Assembly: GCA_902769535.1 (NCBI GenBank)
Contig: CACXPH010000009.1
Coordinates: 11,032-75,031 of the forward strand
Direction: 5' to 3'
Length of the DNA: 64,000 nt
DNA from: an uncultured Bacteroidales bacterium
GTDB taxonomy: Bacteria; Bacteroidota; Bacteroidia; Bacteroidales; Paludibacteraceae
The translations under genes and the position numbers were made by a program. Below are positions 35,267-43,966 of this stretch, piece after piece (the first letter of the stretch is position 1; every line of letters starts with the position of its first letter). The notes below the pieces were generated by a model that was not told the origin of the DNA, did not search any database, and saw only the letters and a program-made list of their open reading frames with translations.

Positions 35267-37351
35267 ATGAATAAACCCTCTCAAAAGAAAACACAGAAAG
35301 ACCACGGTGGTCTATGGATCATCCTCGTTGCGGCAGTAGCATTGGAGGCTATCTCCTGCCTTATGTACTTCACCAGCCGCGCTGCCATCCGTCAACAAGC
35401 GGAGCAACGTGCCAAGACCGAGTTACGTCGTGCGGAACTGGAGATAGATGTTCATGCTATCGAAATGGAAACAGCCGCTAAGGGTTTGGCGCTGCTGGTT
35501 CAAAAGCATATTAACGAACCGGATTATATCTTCGCCGCCACTCGGCTGGCAGTAAGTACATTGCGCGCCAACACCAGCATGGCGGTCGCGTTCATTCCTA
35601 ACTATTTCCCTAAAAAAGGGGAGTTCTTCGAGATCTGCAGCAGCCGTTTCTCGGAGGATAGTATCTACACGCGTCAGATAGGTAGTGCCACCCATGACTA
35701 CACCCAAATGGAATGGTATCAAAATGGCTTGGTGTATGACAGTTGCCGGTGGTGCGAGCCGTACTTGGACGATTCGGGTTCGAAGACCTATGTGGTCAGT
35801 TATTCATGCCCTGTACACGACGCAAACGGCAAAGTGGTGGCTGTCGTATGTATCGATATGTCGCTGGACGAACTCAAGAACATCTCCGAATATCTGCAGG
35901 TCTATCCAAACAGCTATTATACCATCCGTTCCGGTACTGGCGTGGAGATCGTACCTGCGCCGGATACCGTGCCCGGGCGCAGATATAATATCTATGGAGA
36001 AGATATAGATGCCACCGGTTGGCACATCGAGATCATCATTCCCGAAGAGGAACTCTTCCGCGACCTCAATCATATCGGACGCATCGTTGGATTGCTGATG
36101 CTTTTAGGCCTGGCAATGCTCATCCTTATTGTATGGTACGCCGGTCGTAACACCAAACGTATGGTCGAATCGACAGCGCGTAACCAGAGTATCGAGAACG
36201 AACTCAATATCGCGCGTAAGATCCAGATGGCAATGCTGCCGACGCGTTTCCCGCCATTCCCGGACTATCCGTACCTGAATGCATACGGTGAAGTGATTCC
36301 GGCTAAAGAAGTAGGTGGTGACCTGTTTGATTTCTTTATCCGCGAGAACAAACTGTTCTTCTGCGTCGGTGACGTGAGTGGAAAAGGTGTACCGGCATCC
36401 ATCGTGATGGCGATGACGCGTTCTATCTTCCGCAGTTTCTCGTCCTACCTGAACAGCCCGGCGCAGATTGTCACGCAGATGAACGACAGCCTCAGCGGAG
36501 AAGGTAATGACCAGAGTATGTTCGTCACCTTGTTCCTCGGTGCACTCGACCTCTCCACCGGTGAACTCAAATACTGCAACGCCGGTCACAATGCCCCCAT
36601 ACACCATACACCATACACCATACACCAATTAGATTGTACACCGAATCTTCCTCTCGGTGTGCTGGGTGGCTTTGCATATCAGGAACAAGAAGCGAAACTG
36701 GAGATCGGTGACTCCCTGTTCCTCTATACTGACGGCTTGACCGAAGCAGAGAACAGCGCACATGAACAGTTCGGGGAGCAGAGGATGGATGAGCGGTTAG
36801 CGGCGAGCGGCGAGCAGAGTCCGCAAGAACTCATCCAGACGATGCAGCAAGCCGTGGCTGCGTTTGTAGGTGATGCCGAGCAGAGCGACGACCTGACCAT
36901 GTTCGCCATCCGGTTGTTAGACAAATCTCAAATCTCAAATGTCAAATCTCAAATGAGCTCAGGCCATTACTCCCTCGTCATGCGTAATGATATCCAGCAG
37001 ATACCGACGCTCGCCGAGTGGGTGGAGATGATCGGTCTTCCGCAAGAACTCAATATGCCGATCAACCTGGCGCTCGAAGAGGCGGTAAGTAACGTCATGC
37101 TATACGCCTATCCGGGTAAGAGCGGACAAGTGCTCATAGAGTGCGACAAGTTCGACAAGCTGGTATTCACCATTACCGACAGCGGTGTACCGTTCGACCC
37201 GACGCAACAGGAAGATCCGGACGTGACGCAGAGTGCAGAAGACCGCCCGATTGGCGGTTTGGGTATTTTCCTCGTTCGCCAGATCATGGATGACATCCGC
37301 TATGAACGCAAAGACAATAAGAATATTCTGACATTAACAAAAAAATTATAA
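35267..37351 (+). CDS. membrane sensor with PP2C/SpoIIE phosphatase fused to an RsbW-type HATPase serine kinase
   Basis: 694 aa; two TM segments bracket a ~240-aa extracytoplasmic region. PP2C blocks are GGDLFDFF, CVGDVSGKG, NAGHN, LYTDGLTEA, DDLTMFAI. The C-terminus LALEEAVSNV...GGLGIFLVRQIMD is an anti-sigma-kinase-like ATPase. Confidence 0.8.
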   Translation: MNKPSQKKTQKDHGGLWIILVAAVALEAISCLMYFTSRAAIRQQAEQRAKTELRRAELEIDVHAIEMETAAKGLALLVQKHINEPDYIFAATRLAVSTLRANTSMAVAFIPNYFPKKGEFFEICSSRFSEDSIYTRQIGSATHDYTQMEWYQNGLVYDSCRWCEPYLDDSGSKTYVVSYSCPVHDANGKVVAVVCIDMSLDELKNISEYLQVYPNSYYTIRSGTGVEIVPAPDTVPGRRYNIYGEDIDATGWHIEIIIPEEELFRDLNHIGRIVGLLMLLGLAMLILIVWYAGRNTKRMVESTARNQSIENELNIARKIQMAMLPTRFPPFPDYPYLNAYGEVIPAKEVGGDLFDFFIRENKLFFCVGDVSGKGVPASIVMAMTRSIFRSFSSYLNSPAQIVTQMNDSLSGEGNDQSMFVTLFLGALDLSTGELKYCNAGHNAPIHHTPYTIHQLDCTPNLPLGVLGGFAYQEQEAKLEIGDSLFLYTDGLTEAENSAHEQFGEQRMDERLAASGEQSPQELIQTMQQAVAAFVGDAEQSDDLTMFAIRLLDKSQISNVKSQMSSGHYSLVMRNDIQQIPTLAEWVEMIGLPQELNMPINLALEEAVSNVMLYAYPGKSGQVLIECDKFDKLVFTITDSGVPFDPTQQEDPDVTQSAEDRPIGGLGIFLVRQIMDDIRYERKDNKNILTLTKKL
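36597..36627. repeat. (CCATACA) x4.4 heptamer tract inside the PP2C domain
   Basis: Four perfect head-to-tail copies plus CCA; encodes HHTPYTIHQ. Confidence 0.9.
36922..36956. repeat. (CAAATCT-like) x5 heptamer tract in the PP2C-kinase linker
   Basis: CAAATCT CAAATCT CAAATGT CAAATCT CAAATGA; encodes SQISNVKSQMS; same word family as 39602-39636. Confidence 0.9.
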
Positions 37352-37355
37352 TCAT

Positions 37356-37658
37356 ATGACAATCAACATCGTTAACGAGGGCGAGCAACTGGTTGCACAA
37401 CTCTCCGGAAGATTAGACACCGCTGCGGCTGCAGAGATTGCACCGGATTTCCAGGCACTCGCAGAACAAGCTGCTAAACACATCATTCTGGACTGCTCTG
37501 AACTGGAGTACATCTCTTCGTCGGGTCTGCGTTTGTTCCTTGCCTTGCGCAAAGAGTCCGCTGCCAAAGGCGGCAAACTGCAGGTTCGGGCTATCAATGC
37601 CGACATCCGTCAAGTATTCATGATGACCGGCTTCATCAGCCTCTTCGAAATCCTCTAA
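37356..37658 (+). CDS. STAS domain protein (anti-sigma-factor antagonist type)
   Basis: 100 aa; LSGRLDT, LDCSELEYISSSGLR (phosphorylatable Ser context), FEIL C-terminus. Confidence 0.85.
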   Translation: MTINIVNEGEQLVAQLSGRLDTAAAAEIAPDFQALAEQAAKHIILDCSELEYISSSGLRLFLALRKESAAKGGKLQVRAINADIRQVFMMTGFISLFEIL

Positions 37659-37679
37659 ACTTTAAACGCTAAACGTTTT

Positions 37680-38729
37680 ATGGACCTACATTCGGAAATG
37701 CTGCTGGAGGAGTACCGCGAAGCGAAGCCTGTGTTCGAACAGATGCAAGGCGAAGTCACGCGTATCCTGAAGGAAGCCTTAGAGCGCAACGGACTCATTG
37801 TGACAGCCGTCGAGACGCGTATCAAGACCGAAGAGAGTCTGGCGGGCAAACTGGCACTCAAGGGCTCTAAGTACGCCACGCTCAGCGACATCACCGACAT
37901 CCTTGGTGCGCGTATCATCACCTTCTATACCGACGACGTGGACCGTATTGCCGCCATGGCGGAACAGCTCTTCGAGATCGATTGGACCAACTCCGTCGAT
38001 AAGCGTAAACTGCACCAACTGGACAGTTTCGGGTATAACTCGCTACACTATATCTGCCGTCTGCCGGGTTATGACTACCGCTTCGAACTGCAACTACGTA
38101 CCACACTCCAACACGCTTGGGCGGCAATTAATCATGATAACGGCTATAAGTCCGGCGTGGAGATTCCGCGCGAGTACATGCGACGAATCAACCGACTGGC
38201 AGGCCTACTGGAGATAGCCGATGACGAGTTCAGTCACATCCGGACAGAGATTAACGACTATCGTCGTCGCGTACAACAACTGGTACAAAACGGACAACTG
38301 GACGATGTACTGTTGGACGGTGACGCTTTCCGTAGTTACCTGAATGCACGACCGTTTGATAAACTCAACAAACGCATTGCGGCTATCAATCAAGCGGAGA
38401 TCCAAGAAGTGCCGTTAATCCGGTACCTAAAAGTGCTCAAAGAGTTGGGATGCAACACCTTAGGCGATGTGGCGCGTCTGCGTAATACCTACGAGGAAGA
38501 CGCCTATGCGCTTGCACGCCATCAGTTGGGAAATACCGACCTTGATATCATCTCGTCCGCTGTCGGACTGCAGAACATCTGCATCGTGTGCATCCTTTCG
38601 CAAGGCGGTGGTAAGATCGGCCTGCTGCGCTTCTTCAATGCCCTCAACGGACATGATTCGCAGAACGAAGAACTGGCGGACCTCACCTTCAAACAGGCCT
38701 CTAACTTGCCGTTTATGAATAAATCGTAA
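37680..38729 (+). CDS. RelA/SpoT-domain small alarmone synthetase with an unassigned C-terminal half
   Basis: 349 aa; RIKTEESLAGKL, ILGARIITFY, FGYNSLHYI, ELQLRTTLQHAWAAINHDNGYK synthetase motifs in residues ~40-170. The last ~170 aa are unrecognised. Confidence 0.8.
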   Translation: MDLHSEMLLEEYREAKPVFEQMQGEVTRILKEALERNGLIVTAVETRIKTEESLAGKLALKGSKYATLSDITDILGARIITFYTDDVDRIAAMAEQLFEIDWTNSVDKRKLHQLDSFGYNSLHYICRLPGYDYRFELQLRTTLQHAWAAINHDNGYKSGVEIPREYMRRINRLAGLLEIADDEFSHIRTEINDYRRRVQQLVQNGQLDDVLLDGDAFRSYLNARPFDKLNKRIAAINQAEIQEVPLIRYLKVLKELGCNTLGDVARLRNTYEEDAYALARHQLGNTDLDIISSAVGLQNICIVCILSQGGGKIGLLRFFNALNGHDSQNEELADLTFKQASNLPFMNKS

Positions 38730-38763
38730 TAACGAAATTACGTAATTATGTAATCCTGAAAAA
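38724..38763 (+). repeat. junction element copy 1 (octamer-built, contains ATTACGTAAT palindrome)
   Basis: TCGTAATAACGAAATTACGTAATTATGTAATCCTGAAAAA; 36/40 identical to 40199-40238. Confidence 0.9.
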
Positions 38764-38764
38764 T

Positions 38765-39604
38765 ATGAACCCTATTTTAATAGATCTCAACGACTACGTA
38801 CGTACCGGCGAAGGAGCTAACGGTGCGAGTTATAACCATAAGACCGATCCGTCGATCATGATGAAGATGTACTTCCGCAATTTCGAGGCAGCCGCGCTCG
38901 AACTCGAACTGGCGAAGAAGGTCTATGCTGCAGGCATCCCTACTCCGGAACCAGGCGACCTCGTGACAGACGGCGAGCGCATTGGTATTCGTTTCCGACG
39001 CATTGACGGCAAGAAATCCTATTCGCGTGCCTGCGGTGACGAACCCGAGAAAGCACCTGAGTTCGGACGTGAGTTCGCGCAGCTCTGCAAGAAACTGCAC
39101 TCCATTCACGTGGACACCACGCAGTTCGAATCCGTCAAAGACCGCCTCTATCGCATGCTGGAGAACAATCCGGATTTCACGCCGGCACAGAAGACCAAAC
39201 TGCATGATTTCATTGCAGCTGCTCCGGATGCGGACACGGCCATCCATGGGGATTTGCAGTTCGGTAACGGCATTTTCACGGATAAAGATGGTGTGCATAC
39301 GCAATACTTCATCGACCTCGGTGATTTCTGTTACGGTTATCCTATGTTCGACCTCGGCATGGTCTATCTATGCTGTTGCCTCAATGACGAAACATGGACC
39401 ATGGAAGTGAACCATATGTCCAATGCTACCGCACGCAAATTCTGGGATGGTTTTGCTCGTGAGTACTTTGGTCCGAATGCTGACCTCGAAGAGGTAGAAA
39501 AGGTTGTTCGTATCTACGCCGGTCTCAAGACCATCATGATCGAGCGTGACACGCACTGTCCGATGCCCCAATTCCGTGCCATGCTTGAAGGCGTCATTTA
39601 TTAA
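38765..39604 (+). CDS. APH-fold (aminoglycoside-phosphotransferase-like) kinase family protein
   Basis: 279 aa; HGDLQFGNGIF catalytic loop and IDLGDF metal-binding motif. Confidence 0.7.
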   Translation: MNPILIDLNDYVRTGEGANGASYNHKTDPSIMMKMYFRNFEAAALELELAKKVYAAGIPTPEPGDLVTDGERIGIRFRRIDGKKSYSRACGDEPEKAPEFGREFAQLCKKLHSIHVDTTQFESVKDRLYRMLENNPDFTPAQKTKLHDFIAAAPDADTAIHGDLQFGNGIFTDKDGVHTQYFIDLGDFCYGYPMFDLGMVYLCCCLNDETWTMEVNHMSNATARKFWDGFAREYFGPNADLEEVEKVVRIYAGLKTIMIERDTHCPMPQFRAMLEGVIY

Positions 39605-39625
39605 ATCTCAAATTTAAAATCTCAA

Positions 39626-40204
39626 ATGTCAAATAAGTATCTTGATACTTCCCTGCTTGACCGCGCAATCATCTTCGCCGTTCAAGCGCATCACAACACC
39701 GAACGGCGCGGTAAAGGTTTTCCTTATATCGTTCATCCGATGGAAGCCGTCGAGATCGTAGCTACTATCACACCCGATCAGGAACTGTTGGCAGCGGCTG
39801 CGCTGCATGACACCATCGAAGATACGGACGTGACGGTAGAAGACATCCGTACGCAGTTCGGAGACCGTGTGGCGGAACTGGTGCATGCCGAGTCCGATCA
39901 GTTCACCGAAGGAGTCTCCGAAGAGGACAGTTGGCACGAACGTAAGCAAGCCGCTATCGACCGTCTGGCAGCCGCTTCGCACGACGCCAAGATCGTAGCG
40001 ATGGGAGATAAACTGAGTAACATGCGCGCCATCTGGCGGGACTATCAGACCAAAGGTGACGAACTGTGGACTATCTTCCATGTGAAGAACAAAGCTTCGC
40101 ACGAATGGCATTATCGCGGTCTCGCAGCTTCTTTGTCCGAGTTGAGTGACACCTTTGCCTACCAAGAGTTCGTACGACTGATTAATGAGGTATTTAATTC
40201 GTAA
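39626..40204 (+). CDS. HD-domain small alarmone hydrolase-like protein (SpoT/Mesh1 type)
   Basis: 192 aa; AHHNTERRG, VHPMEAV, ALHDTIEDT, FGDRVAELV blocks of the (p)ppGpp hydrolase domain. Confidence 0.75.
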   Translation: MSNKYLDTSLLDRAIIFAVQAHHNTERRGKGFPYIVHPMEAVEIVATITPDQELLAAAALHDTIEDTDVTVEDIRTQFGDRVAELVHAESDQFTEGVSEEDSWHERKQAAIDRLAAASHDAKIVAMGDKLSNMRAIWRDYQTKGDELWTIFHVKNKASHEWHYRGLAASLSELSDTFAYQEFVRLINEVFNS

Positions 40205-40238
40205 TAACGCAATTACGTCATTACGTAATCCCGAAAAA
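40199..40238 (+). repeat. junction element copy 2
   Basis: TCGTAATAACGCAATTACGTCATTACGTAATCCCGAAAAA. Confidence 0.9.
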
Positions 40239-40240
40239 CA

Positions 40241-41041
40241 ATGAATATTATCTTTGATAATATAATCAACGCTCGCGATCTCGGCGGCATGATCGGTCAT
40301 GAGGGACGCAAAGTACGTAGCGGAATGCTACTGCGTACAGCCCATCTGCATGACGCCACCGATGAAGACATCAGTCGTCTGCAGAACGAGTACCACCTGC
40401 GTCGGATCTTCGATTTTCGGTCATTAGGTGAGGCGCAGTTCCTACCCGATCGCGAAGTACCGGGTGCTACGCATCACCTGTTGCCGACCATCGACCTCAG
40501 TGCCGAGCGTGTGACCGAACAACCCATCCCGCAGGAAGCCTTCCTCGATCTCGAGCGGCATATAGTCAACTATTCGTTCTATCCCGAGGTGCAAGCCATG
40601 GCGGCGGATATGTACCCCTCCCTCATTCGCTCCGAATATTCTCAACTGCAGTATGCCACCTTTCTCCGTCTGATCGTGGAGACACCCGAAGGCGCGGTAC
40701 TCTGGCATTGTTTCCAAGGTAAGGACCGAACCGGTTGGGGAGCAGCGTTTATCCTGTCTGCCTTAGGAGTGGATAGAGAAACGATCATCGCCGATTTTGA
40801 CCGTTCCAACAAGGCTTACCGCGGACTGGTCACACGGCTCAATGACGATGTTATCGCGCGCGGCGGAGGCGAGGCGGAGATGGATGTCATACAAGCCTTC
40901 ATGGGTGTCAGCACGAAAAATTTCCGTCGCACCCTCGACTTCATCGACCGTGAGTTCGGCGGCATGATTGCTTACCTTCAGAACCAACTCCTCCTTTCCA
41001 AAGAGGACATCCAATTATTACGCAAACGCTATTTAGAATAA
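40241..41041 (+). CDS. Cys-X5-Arg phosphatase (tyrosine-phosphatase-like family)
   Basis: 266 aa; NARDLGG N-terminus and HCFQGKDRTGWGAAF active-site loop. Confidence 0.7.
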   Translation: MNIIFDNIINARDLGGMIGHEGRKVRSGMLLRTAHLHDATDEDISRLQNEYHLRRIFDFRSLGEAQFLPDREVPGATHHLLPTIDLSAERVTEQPIPQEAFLDLERHIVNYSFYPEVQAMAADMYPSLIRSEYSQLQYATFLRLIVETPEGAVLWHCFQGKDRTGWGAAFILSALGVDRETIIADFDRSNKAYRGLVTRLNDDVIARGGGEAEMDVIQAFMGVSTKNFRRTLDFIDREFGGMIAYLQNQLLLSKEDIQLLRKRYLE

Positions 41042-41059
41042 CACTAAAAATTTAATATT

Positions 41060-41683
41060 ATGAATCCGAACAACAAATTTGTCATCACGATCAATCGTGA
41101 GTTAGGTAGCGGTGGCCGCACCGTAGGTCGTAAACTGGCTGAAAAACTGGGCGTTGAGTATTATGACAAAGCCCTCATCAAGGCATTGCAAGATCGATAT
41201 GGTATCTCCGTCGAGCAAATCGAGAAAATCAAAGGTCAGGAACAAGGCTGGTGGGCAGAATTCAAACGTAAGATGACCTTCTCGGAAGAAGAGTACAATC
41301 TTAACCAGATGGGAATTGAATCCGAGTCTGTCTTCCGGGCAGAGATCGAGTTCCTGAAGGGCCTTGCCAAAGAGGAATCGTGCGTCATCGCCGGTCGTAG
41401 CGGTTTCTATATTTTCCGCGACCACCCGAACCATCTGAGTATCTTCATTCAGGCATCCATGCCATGCCGTATGGCACGTGTAGCGCGTGAGCAGAATATG
41501 TCGAAAGAAGAAGCACGCATGACCATCGAGAAAATCGACCAGATGCGCGAGAACTATATCAAAGAGCAAACAGGTCTTTCCCGTTACGACACCCGCAACT
41601 ACCAACTCGTGCTCTCGATGGACGAACTGACGGAAGACGCTGCTGTTGATGTCATCATGGAGTATATCCGTAAGATGGCTTAA
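41060..41683 (+). CDS. cytidylate-kinase-like P-loop family protein
   Basis: 207 aa; VITINRELGSGGRTVGRKLAEKLGVEYYDK N-terminus typical of the Cytidylate_kin2-type family. Confidence 0.55.
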   Translation: MNPNNKFVITINRELGSGGRTVGRKLAEKLGVEYYDKALIKALQDRYGISVEQIEKIKGQEQGWWAEFKRKMTFSEEEYNLNQMGIESESVFRAEIEFLKGLAKEESCVIAGRSGFYIFRDHPNHLSIFIQASMPCRMARVAREQNMSKEEARMTIEKIDQMRENYIKEQTGLSRYDTRNYQLVLSMDELTEDAAVDVIMEYIRKMA

Positions 41684-41778
41684 CGACGCTAAGATGCCGC
41701 AATGGGTAACCGACTATTTTTTCTCATCTATGCAATGACATAAAGTCTTTGATTAAATTGTATAGTGTGTGGTGTATG

Positions 41779-41806
41779 AAGGGCAGCTACGGCTGCTCTT
41801 TTTTTG
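41779..41806 (+). terminator. rho-independent terminator of the seven-gene operon
   Basis: GGGCAGC-TACG-GCTGCTC hairpin followed by TTTTTTTG. Confidence 0.75.
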
Positions 41807-41951
41807 TATGTACTGAAATTAATATAAGTTATACTATATGTCATATTTCTGTGTTATTTTTAGTATTCTATTTACGATTATTCGCAAAATGTTGTGTATG
41901 TAATCAAAAAGCAGTAATTTTGCCGGTGATTTAACAAAAAAGAATGGAAAT

Positions 41952-43199
41952 ATGAAGATTCTGTTTGTAGTGAATAGCTATTTTAGTCAAGGCAACGGTC
42001 TTGATGAGTCAGCACGAAGAACCGTGCAAGCCTTGCGCGATGCGGGACAGGAAGTGCGAGTGTTATCCGGAAAGAATTTTGAGAATCCCGATGGTCCGCA
42101 ACCCGATTATCCGATGGAGAAATTCCATTTCCCGTTGATGCAACCTATGTTGGACTCGTTTGGTTACGCCTATGCGGACTGGCACGGAAAAACGGTGGAA
42201 GACGCGGTGCGTTGGGCGGATGTCATCCATCTCGAAGAGACGTTCTTCCTGCATCACGCGGCGATGAACTGGGCACGCAAACTCGGCAAACCCATCACGG
42301 GCACGTATCACGTGCACCCGGAAAATATTGTATATAATTGTTTAGGTTTTACAGGAGGACACCTCATCTGTCAGATCCTCTATCGCTACTGGTGCCGTGT
42401 GTTCTACGACAACTATAAATACCTGCAGTGTCCTACGGACAACGTACGGGATCGTCTGATTCGCCATCGTGTGAAAGCCAAATGTTTCACCCTCTCGAAC
42501 GGCGTTATTCCCGACAAGTGTATTCGTCCTAAGACACCTCCTACAGATTACTTGGATCCCGAGCGTCCTTTAGACCTCATTTATATCGGTCGTACGGCCG
42601 TAGAGAAAGACCAACCGACCCTCTACAAGGCTATTCGGCTCAGCAAATACGCAAAGCGTATACGGCTGCATATCGCAGGTCGTGGACCGAAGTTAGATCA
42701 GTACACCAAGATGGCGAACAAACTCTATGAGGATGGCGTAGTGGATTATCAACCGACAGTGGGTTTCTATGACCGCGAAGGCTTGCGTCAACTGGCAGCC
42801 AAAGCCGATCTGGCGGTGCATTGCGCCTTGGTGGAAGTAGAAGGAATGAGTATTACCGAAGCCCTGCAACAGGCGGTCGTACCCGTTATTGCCGAAGCCC
42901 AATATTCCGGCACGGCCATTTATGCACTCGACGACCGCAGTAGGTATCCCGCAGGTGACGCACAGGCCTTGGCTGCACGGATCGACTACTGGTTTGACCA
43001 TCCGCAAGAGCGCTGGGCAATGGGTTTCAAATATGCCGAGTCGATGAAGCAATACGAGATAGCCAACTGTGCCCAAGTCCTTATTGAGATGTTCCAAAAA
43101 GCCATTGATTCTACGAAATATGCGATTTATCCTCTTCATTATCCTGTGTTTACTTCCATTAGCCGCGAGGTCATCCGATTCTATCGCCGCATCGCCTGA
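41952..43199 (+). CDS. GT4-type glycosyltransferase
   Basis: 415 aa; two Rossmann halves; C-terminal half has the EVEGMSITEALQ (E-x7-E-like) motif. Confidence 0.6.
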   Translation: MKILFVVNSYFSQGNGLDESARRTVQALRDAGQEVRVLSGKNFENPDGPQPDYPMEKFHFPLMQPMLDSFGYAYADWHGKTVEDAVRWADVIHLEETFFLHHAAMNWARKLGKPITGTYHVHPENIVYNCLGFTGGHLICQILYRYWCRVFYDNYKYLQCPTDNVRDRLIRHRVKAKCFTLSNGVIPDKCIRPKTPPTDYLDPERPLDLIYIGRTAVEKDQPTLYKAIRLSKYAKRIRLHIAGRGPKLDQYTKMANKLYEDGVVDYQPTVGFYDREGLRQLAAKADLAVHCALVEVEGMSITEALQQAVVPVIAEAQYSGTAIYALDDRSRYPAGDAQALAARIDYWFDHPQERWAMGFKYAESMKQYEIANCAQVLIEMFQKAIDSTKYAIYPLHYPVFTSISREVIRFYRRIA

Positions 43200-43872
43200 A
43201 CTCATTCATACATCCTGGTTCTGCAGCGCCGAGAAACTAAGTAGGAATGTTGATATCTATATACCGGAGGGGGAAGGTCCTTTTCCGGTCTTGTATCTGA
43301 TACACGGCATCAACGGTTACGAAGGTTCGTGGCAGGAGAAAGGGCACGCCTTGGACACCCTCGCTGCCAAGATAGCACAAGGTCTCTGTCCGCCTATGAT
43401 ACTGGTCATGCCCGATTGCAATAAATGGCCCTACAAAGTGCATCCCGGCCGTAAGAACCTCTGCCGCTATCTCTTCCGCTACGGTCGTGTCAGCCGAGAG
43501 CACGAGATAGAATACTCTATCAGTGAACTGATGGCGATGGTGGATACGACCTACGCAGTGTCCGGATATTGCACGATAGCTGGTCTGAGTGACGGTGCAC
43601 GAATAGCTGCGAATGTAGCTAATCTCCGACCCGATTGTATCCATTCGGTGGGACTCTTCTCGCCTGTCTTGCATAAAGATCAGTTGCCCAAAGACTCCAC
43701 GCAGAATTATTACGTCTATGTAGGCACCAAGGATATGTTCAAAGCCAGCGGAAAGCGCTATCACAAGCGCATGATCAAGGCAGGATACAGGCATCAGTTC
43801 ATCGAACTGAAAGGCCGTCATGATTGGAAAGTGTGGCAGGCCTGCCTATCCGATTTCCTCGAGAAAATGTGA
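43120..43872 (+). CDS. secreted esterase-family alpha/beta hydrolase
   Basis: Start moved to the MRFILFIILCLLPLAA signal peptide; PVLYLIHG, GLSDGA nucleophile elbow; overlaps the GT4 gene end by 80 nt. Confidence 0.55.
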   Translation: MRFILFIILCLLPLAARSSDSIAASPELIHTSWFCSAEKLSRNVDIYIPEGEGPFPVLYLIHGINGYEGSWQEKGHALDTLAAKIAQGLCPPMILVMPDCNKWPYKVHPGRKNLCRYLFRYGRVSREHEIEYSISELMAMVDTTYAVSGYCTIAGLSDGARIAANVANLRPDCIHSVGLFSPVLHKDQLPKDSTQNYYVYVGTKDMFKASGKRYHKRMIKAGYRHQFIELKGRHDWKVWQACLSDFLEKM

Positions 43873-43874
43873 GA

Positions 43875-43901
43875 AAAAGCGGGTTGAGGCTCGCTTTTTT
43901 T
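43875..43901 (+). terminator. probable terminator after the esterase gene
   Basis: AAAGCG...CGCTTT stem followed by a T-run. Confidence 0.45.
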
Positions 43902-43909
43902 GTGTTTAA

Positions 43910-43941
43910 TTTGCACAATTCAAAAAAAAGCAGTACTTTTG
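43910..43941 (+). promoter_or_regulatory. Bacteroidota-type promoter for rsfS-ftsH
   Basis: TTTG-N20-TACTTTTG; the -7 box is half of the palindrome ACTTTTGC-AGTC-GCAAAAGT. Confidence 0.6.
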
Positions 43942-43966
43942 CAGTCGCAAAAGTTTTTAATTATTC

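Noticed and set aside
37680-40204. Labelling the synthetase and HD hydrolase as a toxSAS toxin-antitoxin pair
   Set aside because: The two genes are separated by a kinase gene and embedded in a larger operon. I cannot assign the synthetase to a toxic subfamily without a search. It is kept only as one hypothesis under the operon finding.
41749-41934. 61-aa ORF in the gap after the seven-gene operon
   Set aside because: It reads straight through the operon terminator hairpin and T-run and through the next promoter, and its peptide is Cys/Phe-rich.
43120-43199. The 80-nt overlap between the glycosyltransferase and esterase genes (and the 50-nt CNNM/smpB overlap at 22167-22216) as programmed frameshift or fusion sites
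   Set aside because: There is no slippery heptamer or structure. The overlaps are explained by read-through of weakly constrained C-terminal tails up to the next stop codon.
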